A DNA stretch of 64,000 nucleotides from a virus: positions 21,300-85,299 of the IMG/VR virus record IMGVR_UViG_3300020810_000992; one strand, given 5' to 3'. Under the pieces are notes generated by a model. It was not told the DNA's origin, ran no database searches, and saw nothing but the letters and a program-made list of their open reading frames with translations. Below are positions 58,395 through 64,000 of the stretch, piece by piece. The position numbers were made by a program, and so were the translations under genes. Numbering within the stretch: position 1 is the first letter of the stretch; each line of letters begins with the position of its first letter.

Positions 58395-58802
58395 TTGAAT
58401 AACGTAGTAGATATAAACAAATACCGTGACTTTGTAAGCGAAGTTACGAGTGATGCAAGTAATGATCTAGAAGCAATGATTGTTAGATTGCGTGAATTAA
58501 ACAAAACAGTAAACATTAGTTTACTAATGACAGGAGCAATTGGTATTGCATCAGAAGGAGGCGAGTTTGCAGAAATTGTTAAAAAATGTGTATTCCAGGG
58601 TAAGCCTTTGGATGATGACACTAAGTTTCACATTAAGCGAGAACTTGGCGATATTGCTTGGTATTTTGCTAATGCTTGTAGGAGCATCGGTGAAGACCCT
58701 AGTGCAGTAATTGAAGAGAATGTTCGTAAACTAGAAGCACGTTATCCAGGTGGATCATTTGATGTCCACTATTCCGAAAACCGCAAAGACGGGGATCTAT
58801 AA
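58395..58802 (+). CDS. MazG-like nucleotide pyrophosphohydrolase
   Basis: GIASEGGEFAEIVKK, RELGDIAWY, NVRKLEARYP. Confidence 0.88.
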   Translation: MNNVVDINKYRDFVSEVTSDASNDLEAMIVRLRELNKTVNISLLMTGAIGIASEGGEFAEIVKKCVFQGKPLDDDTKFHIKRELGDIAWYFANACRSIGEDPSAVIEENVRKLEARYPGGSFDVHYSENRKDGDL

Positions 58803-58807
58803 ATTTA

Positions 58808-59392
58808 ATGGATTATGAAAAAGAACGAAAGATTCTCACGGATGTTGATGGTGTTCTTCTAGATTGGGAATCTGCATTTACAGCATGGATGGGAGAACGT
58901 GGTTACACCCCAGTAAATCCCGAAGTATATAAACAATCAGTACGATATAACATTGAACAAGAATTTGCAGATTCATTAGTACAAACATTTAACGAATCAG
59001 CATGGATGGGATATTTAAAACCTTTACGTGATAGTGTAAATGCACTAGATCAGTTTTCAGCTAGTCACTGGCACTTTGAATGTATTACAAGTCTTAGCAC
59101 AGATCACTGGGCAGGAGAACTGCGCCGCACAAATTTAAACCGTTGGTTTGGTAATACTGTTCGAAGAGTACAGTGTATTGCTACTGGTGCAGACAAAGAC
59201 GATATCCTAAAAGAATACGAACCGGGACATTGGTGGATTGAAGACAAGCCCGAAAATTGTGAAGCTGGCCTAAGAGCTGGGCATAAACCTATCTTAATTG
59301 ATCATCCATTTAATCAGGAATACAATAATCCCGATGTCATTCGAGTAAAAGATTGGCAAGAAATTTATAATATCATAACCAAAAGTTCTTGA
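58808..59392 (+). CDS. HAD-family 5'(3')-nucleotidase-like protein
   Basis: ILTDVDGVLLDW, CITS, WIEDK. Confidence 0.8.
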   Translation: MDYEKERKILTDVDGVLLDWESAFTAWMGERGYTPVNPEVYKQSVRYNIEQEFADSLVQTFNESAWMGYLKPLRDSVNALDQFSASHWHFECITSLSTDHWAGELRRTNLNRWFGNTVRRVQCIATGADKDDILKEYEPGHWWIEDKPENCEAGLRAGHKPILIDHPFNQEYNNPDVIRVKDWQEIYNIITKSS

Positions 59393-59440
59393 CATCTTCT
59401 CAGTAATTTGTTATAATTTATAAAAATTAGGAGTATGATA

Positions 59441-59605
59441 ATGAAGTTCCCCAAACCACAATCTAGCGGAATCGGTACAACTGGTGTAACTGGTGTTGCA
59501 CTGTTAGTATTGCACGTTACAGGATACTTAACAGGGTGGGCATGGCCTATCCTGTATATACTATTGATTATGTCCGCAATGGGACAGGAAAACAGAAAAG
59601 GGTAA
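59441..59605 (+). CDS. small membrane protein (not in ORF track)
   Basis: TTGACA-N17-TATAAT 59389-59417, AGGAG SD; MKFPKPQSSGIG..GWAWPILYILLIMS. Confidence 0.55.
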   Translation: MKFPKPQSSGIGTTGVTGVALLVLHVTGYLTGWAWPILYILLIMSAMGQENRKG

Positions 59606-59732
59606 TATGGCAAAAAGAAACAAACTTGAAAGAAAACTAGATGAGTACAATCACACAATGGAACTAGTAAGAACTATTGTTCCGATCGCTGTCTTAGTTT
59701 TACAAGTTATTATATTAATGAAGTTGGTATAA

Positions 59733-60278
59733 ATGGCAACTCACGGCATGATTGATTTAGAAACACTGGGCGTAGAGCCAGACAGTGTCATAATGACCCT
59801 CGGAGCAATTAAGTTTGATCCGTTCACTGATGACGAACCTTACAGTCCATTGTATCTAAGATGTGACATTGAAGAACAATCAGAGTTACTATGTAGATCA
59901 ATCGACGATAACACTATTGCTTGGTGGAGTAAACAAAAACAAGAAATCCAAGATGAAGCATTTGGTGATCATGAAGGCCGTGTTAATATGGATCAACTTA
60001 CAAAAGCAATTAATAAATTTTGCGTAGGAGTAGATTACTTATGGTGTCAAGGCCCTTTGTTTGATTATGCTATTCTACAAAATTTATACAAGCAAGTAGG
60101 AAAACCTTGTCCTTGGAATTTTTGGCAGATACGTGATAGTCGTACACTATTTGCTATGATGCCTCAGGATCCGCGTAAAGCAATACAAGAAGAACTTCAT
60201 AACGCACTAGCAGATTGTTACTATCAGGCTAAATGTGTACAACAAACATACAAACATTTTGGAGTAAAGGCAAGATAA
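59733..60278 (+). CDS. DEDD 3'-5' exonuclease (DexA/DUF5051-like)
   Basis: MIDLETLG, FDYAIL, RDSRT, HNALADC. Confidence 0.85.
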   Translation: MATHGMIDLETLGVEPDSVIMTLGAIKFDPFTDDEPYSPLYLRCDIEEQSELLCRSIDDNTIAWWSKQKQEIQDEAFGDHEGRVNMDQLTKAINKFCVGVDYLWCQGPLFDYAILQNLYKQVGKPCPWNFWQIRDSRTLFAMMPQDPRKAIQEELHNALADCYYQAKCVQQTYKHFGVKAR

Positions 60279-61195
60279 TGAAAGAACTATGGGTAGAAAA
60301 GTATCGTCCTAAGACGGTAGACGGTTATGTATTTAGAGATGACCATCAAAAGTCACAAGTAAAGCAATGGATTAAAGACGGCACTATTCCTCATCTACTG
60401 TTTAGTGGCAATGCAGGTATTGGTAAAACAACCCTTGCTAAAATTTTATTGAATCAATTAGAAATTAATGATTTAGATGTGTTAGAAATCAACGCAAGTA
60501 GAACAAACAGTGTAGAGGATGTTCGTGATAAGATTGTGAACTTTGTACAAATGATTCCATTTGGTGACTTTAAGGTTGTACTGCTAGATGAGGCTGATTA
60601 CTTGAGTCCAAACGCACAGGCCGCACTACGTGGTGTTATGGAAGAATATCATACTACAGCACGTTTTATTTTAACATGTAACTATCCTAACAGAATTATT
60701 CCTGCACTGCATTCAAGATGCCAAGGCTTTCATATTGAACGCATTGATCAAACGGAATTTACAGCTAGAGTTGCAGAAATCCTTATTACAGAAGGCGTAA
60801 CTCCGGATTTGGATACCCTTGATACATATGTAAAAGCAACTTATCCTGACTTGCGTAAGTGCATCAACATGGTGCAAATGAATAGTGTAGACGGTGTATT
60901 AGTACAGCCTGAAAAAAGCGATGCGGGAGATGCTGACTATAAACTTGCATTGGTTGAATTATTTAAAGCAGGTAAAATTAGTGAAGCACGTAAACTTGTA
61001 TGTAGTCAAGTTCGTCCAGAAGAAATGGAAGATATATACAAATGGCTATATGATAATATTGAACTTTTTGGTGATGAAGAACGACAAGAAAGCGCAATTC
61101 TTATTATTAAACAAGGTTTGGTAGATCATACGCTTGTAAGCGATCCAGAAATTAATCTTGCGGCAACGATGATTAGGTTAGCGAGACTGAAGTGA
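60278..61195 (+). CDS. sliding clamp loader AAA+ subunit (RFC/T4 gp44-like)
   Basis: LWVEKYRP, GNAGIGKTT, EINAS, LLDEADYL, AQAALR, SRC. Confidence 0.93.
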   Translation: MKELWVEKYRPKTVDGYVFRDDHQKSQVKQWIKDGTIPHLLFSGNAGIGKTTLAKILLNQLEINDLDVLEINASRTNSVEDVRDKIVNFVQMIPFGDFKVVLLDEADYLSPNAQAALRGVMEEYHTTARFILTCNYPNRIIPALHSRCQGFHIERIDQTEFTARVAEILITEGVTPDLDTLDTYVKATYPDLRKCINMVQMNSVDGVLVQPEKSDAGDADYKLALVELFKAGKISEARKLVCSQVRPEEMEDIYKWLYDNIELFGDEERQESAILIIKQGLVDHTLVSDPEINLAATMIRLARLK

Positions 61196-61219
61196 AAACT
61201 TTAATTTGCGGAGAGAAAA

Positions 61220-61408
61220 ATGTCTAGGACACTATTAGACGGTACAGAAGTTAATGAACTGTCGGAGCCATTACAGTTAGTAGTATACACCAAGTGTCCT
61301 GAGAAATATAAACTAATAGATATGGAAACAGGTGAGGAGTATATAGGCACTCGCCCTTCTCAACATGAGTTCCATTGGAGGAAAATAAATGACGTATCTA
61401 GTAAATGA
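61220..61408 (+). CDS. small hypothetical protein
   Basis: GGAG SD; [18 protein letters not shown]. Confidence 0.55.
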   Translation: MSRTLLDGTEVNELSEPLQLVVYTKCPEKYKLIDMETGEEYIGTRPSQHEFHWRKINDVSSK

Positions 61409-61727
61409 TAATTGTATCAAATGTAAGCATACTGATTGTGTAGAAGTATGTCCAGTAGACTGTTTTTACGAAGGTGAAAACATGTTAGTTATTAATCCCG
61501 ACGAATGTATTGACTGTGGTGTTTGTGAACCAGAATGTCCGGTAGATGCTATTATTACAGATTTTAATGATGTTGATAACAAATGGTACGACATTAATTT
61601 TAAATACTCAAATACATGGCCTAACATATCTCAAAAGAAGGACGCACCTGCCGATGCTGAAGAGTGGAATGGTGTAGAAAATAAATTTGAAAACCATTTT
61701 AGCGAAGCACCTGGAGAAGGAGATTAA
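61389..61727 (+). CDS. fdxA: 7Fe-type ferredoxin
   Basis: [19 protein letters not shown]...[12 protein letters not shown]; alphaproteobacterial-like C-terminus. Confidence 0.92.
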   Translation: MTYLVNDNCIKCKHTDCVEVCPVDCFYEGENMLVINPDECIDCGVCEPECPVDAIITDFNDVDNKWYDINFKYSNTWPNISQKKDAPADAEEWNGVENKFENHFSEAPGEGD

Positions 61728-62048
61728 ATGAAATTAAAATGTAAACATATTTTATTGAGTTACGATAAGGCTGAAAATAGCTCACATGAAAGACCATTAG
61801 GTGTAGCTATGAAAGATGCTGAACAATTAATTATTGAACTAAACAAGGGTACTATTTCATTTGCAGATGCCGCAGGAAAGCATAGTGCATGTGCAAGTGG
61901 GCCAAGACACGGCGGCGACCTTGGATGGTTTGAAGAAGAAAAAATGCATCCAGACTTTAGCAATGCTGTAAAGGTACTTGGTATCGATACTATTGGGCCA
62001 CCTATTCTTACACCGTGGGGTGTACATATTGTATTAAGGACAGGTTAA
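61728..62048 (+). CDS. parvulin-type peptidyl-prolyl isomerase
   Basis: HILL, F..AA..HS.C.S, GGDLGWF, TPWGVHI. Confidence 0.9.
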   Translation: MKLKCKHILLSYDKAENSSHERPLGVAMKDAEQLIIELNKGTISFADAAGKHSACASGPRHGGDLGWFEEEKMHPDFSNAVKVLGIDTIGPPILTPWGVHIVLRTG

Positions 62049-62581
62049 TGGTAGAATATGAGTATTACGATTGGAATAGTTTAATTACTGAAACTGACCG
62101 ACAATCAATGTGTCGAGATGTTTCAGCAGGTATTGATGCTGGAAACTTCTGGACAAATAGTCCGAAGTATCAAACTAACTGGAATGTATTTCAGCAGTTT
62201 ACAGATTTGAAGATGAGTTTTATTTGGTCATGTTTTAAATATTTAGGACGTGAAGTACAGATCAAACAAATACAAAGTTGGAGCTTTCGTACAAGTTTAG
62301 AAATTGCAGAAGACAGAAACAAGCTATGGCATCATCACAATCATAATACTGAAACTACTACAGTAAGTGGTGTTTATTATATGCATTTACCTGATGATGT
62401 AGCAGACTTAAACACAGCAGGAACAGAATTAGCACCGAACGGTGTTGACGGCGAAGGTAAATTCTTTACACCTTGGAAGACTGGACAGTGGATGATCTAT
62501 CCTGGAAAAATTTGGCACCGTCCAGGAATTTTACAATCACACAATGATCGTTTTATTGTAGCGGCAGATATGGAGTTTTGA
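62048..62581 (+). CDS. 2OG-Fe(II) oxygenase-like protein
   Basis: WHHH, SGVYY, IYPGKIWHRP, RFIVAAD. Confidence 0.7.
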   Translation: MVEYEYYDWNSLITETDRQSMCRDVSAGIDAGNFWTNSPKYQTNWNVFQQFTDLKMSFIWSCFKYLGREVQIKQIQSWSFRTSLEIAEDRNKLWHHHNHNTETTTVSGVYYMHLPDDVADLNTAGTELAPNGVDGEGKFFTPWKTGQWMIYPGKIWHRPGILQSHNDRFIVAADMEF

Positions 62582-62582
62582 T

Positions 62583-63071
62583 TTGATTAAAGCAATTTTA
62601 GCATGTGATGACAATGGCGGCGTAAGTAAAGACGGTACATTACCGTGGCCGCATAATACTACAGACTTGCAATGGTTTAAGAACAATACAGCAGGACATG
62701 TTGTTGTTATGGGATCCACTACTTGGGCAGATCCCCACATGCCAAGGCCTTTACCTAAACGTATTAATGTGTTAGTAACTTCGCAAGTATCCAAATATAC
62801 TAACGACGGAATGGATGGCATTATTCAAGGTGACTTGAACATGCATTTAAGAGTGTTAGAAAAAACATACCCAGGATTAATAATTTGGGTGATTGGCGGG
62901 CCTAATATTATTGAGCAGTGTTTAGATAGTATTGAAGAATTTTATTTAAGTCGTATCCCAGGCAATTATGATTGCGATACGCATTTGCCTTTAGAGCAAA
63001 TTGAAGAGATGTTCTTTTTGACACACGAAGAAGAACATCCTGAAGTTATATTTCAAATTTGGAAGAAGTGA
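62583..63071 (+). CDS. folA: dihydrofolate reductase
   Basis: LPWP..DLQWFK, VVMGSTTW, PLPKRINVLVT, VIGG, CDT. Confidence 0.92.
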   Translation: MIKAILACDDNGGVSKDGTLPWPHNTTDLQWFKNNTAGHVVVMGSTTWADPHMPRPLPKRINVLVTSQVSKYTNDGMDGIIQGDLNMHLRVLEKTYPGLIIWVIGGPNIIEQCLDSIEEFYLSRIPGNYDCDTHLPLEQIEEMFFLTHEEEHPEVIFQIWKK

Positions 63072-63931
63072 TGAAACAGTATCTTGATGCCCTACAATAT
63101 ATTTTAGACAATGGTGAAGATGTTAGTGACCGTACAGGTGTAGGTACACGCACAGTATTTGGTTATCAAATGCGTTTTGATTTACGTAAAGAGTTTCCTG
63201 CTGTTACTACTAAGAAACTTGCATGGCGAGCTGTTGTAGGAGAATTATTATGGTTCTTAGAAGGTTCAACAGATGAGCGTAGACTTGCTGAAATTACATT
63301 TGAAGCAGACAGAACAGAAATTTGGGAAAAGAAAACCATCTGGACTGCTAACGCTGATGCACAGGGTGTAGCACTAGGCTATCGTAATGATGATTTATAT
63401 AAAGAACTAGGACCTGTATACGGAAGTCAATGGCGTGATTTTAACGGCGAAGGATTTGATCAAATACACAATATTATTCGCCAACTTACTACAGACCCAG
63501 ATAGTCGTCGTATTATTCTAAGTGCGTGGAATCCTAATCAACTAGAAGATATGGCACTTCCGCCTTGCCATACACTTAGTCAGTTTAAAGTTATTAACGG
63601 CAAACTTAGTTGCCAAATGTATCAGCGTAGTGCAGATATGTTCTTAGGCGTTCCTTTTAACATTGCTAGTTACAGTTTACTTACGCACATGTTGGCACAA
63701 ATCTGCGGGTTAGAAGTGGGCGAGTTTGTATGGACTGGTGGTGATTGCCATATCTATCAAAACCACTTTGAACAAGTTAAACAACAACTTGAGCGTACTC
63801 CTATGCAAGGTCCTACACTAGAAATGCCCAAGTTTGAAAATATTGCAGAACTATTAGAAACTGTTCCTAGTGATTATAAACTTATTGGTTATAATCCAAT
63901 GGATAGTATTAAGGCACCGATGGCAGTATGA
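63071..63931 (+). CDS. thyA: thymidylate synthase
   Basis: DRTGVGT, ELLWFL, GPVYGSQWR, SRR, MALPPCH, YQRSAD, PFNIASY, HIYQNH. Confidence 0.96.
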   Translation: MKQYLDALQYILDNGEDVSDRTGVGTRTVFGYQMRFDLRKEFPAVTTKKLAWRAVVGELLWFLEGSTDERRLAEITFEADRTEIWEKKTIWTANADAQGVALGYRNDDLYKELGPVYGSQWRDFNGEGFDQIHNIIRQLTTDPDSRRIILSAWNPNQLEDMALPPCHTLSQFKVINGKLSCQMYQRSADMFLGVPFNIASYSLLTHMLAQICGLEVGEFVWTGGDCHIYQNHFEQVKQQLERTPMQGPTLEMPKFENIAELLETVPSDYKLIGYNPMDSIKAPMAV

Positions 63932-64000
63932 AACAAAAATTTATTGAAGCATACATGGACGTTGCAGAACGTTTTGCACAATTAAGTTCAGCAGTGCGTT
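63928..64000 (+). CDS. probable dCMP deaminase, N-terminus only (runs off window)
   Basis: MKQKFIEAYMDVAERFAQLSSAVR after thyA. Confidence 0.55.
   Translation, partial: MKQKFIEAYMDVAERFAQLSSAVR

Noticed and set aside
853-62821. Numerous short antisense or alternate-frame ORFs nested in recognised genes (e.g. 3623..4150, 30944..31582, 52117..52641)
   Set aside because: Shadow ORFs of well-supported + strand genes, with no RBS or motif support.
1-64000. Stop-codon reassignment, CRISPR array, integrase or transposase
   Set aside because: Recognisable genes are full length in standard code and end in TAA, TAG and TGA; no suppressor tRNA, spaced repeat array or recombinase seen.

Overview
This 64 kb window is from a large, AT-rich, T4-like (myovirus-type) marine bacteriophage genome. 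The host is probably an alphaproteobacterium (inference from FdxA-type ferredoxin, HemO/PcyX and a ROSE-like thermometer). Genes are dense, mostly on the + strand, in standard code, with many consensus sigma70 promoters (TTGACA-N17-TATAAT-like) and T4-like late TAAATA boxes. In order, the window holds: an envelope module (SleB hydrolase, three lipoproteins, membrane coiled-coil protein); host-takeover genes (bS21, GuaC, Hsp20, ClpS, HemO, PcyX, peroxiredoxin, ClpP); a CsgF/CsgG/curlin-like/FecR/autotransporter/CHASE2-adenylate cyclase cluster; five tRNAs with a PD-(D/E)XK endonuclease and a zinc deaminase; DNA ligase, QueD, glycosyltransferases, UvsE and IscA; a ~16 kb tail/baseplate block; and replication/nucleotide genes (DnaE fragment, GroES, MazG, clamp loader, DHFR, ThyA). 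Best novel candidates: (1) a leader-peptide transcription attenuator with Cys-Trp-Cys codons directly upstream of tRNA-Trp and tRNA-Cys; (2) the curli-like surface plus cAMP signalling cluster with a structured RNA carrying a perfect 17-nt antisense to one of its ribosome-binding sites; (3) non-canonical tRNAs (Ser-ACT, C8/long-arm Trp) beside a deaminase; (4) a ROSE-like thermometer and a candidate queD riboswitch. All product calls are from motif recognition by eye; no searches were run.
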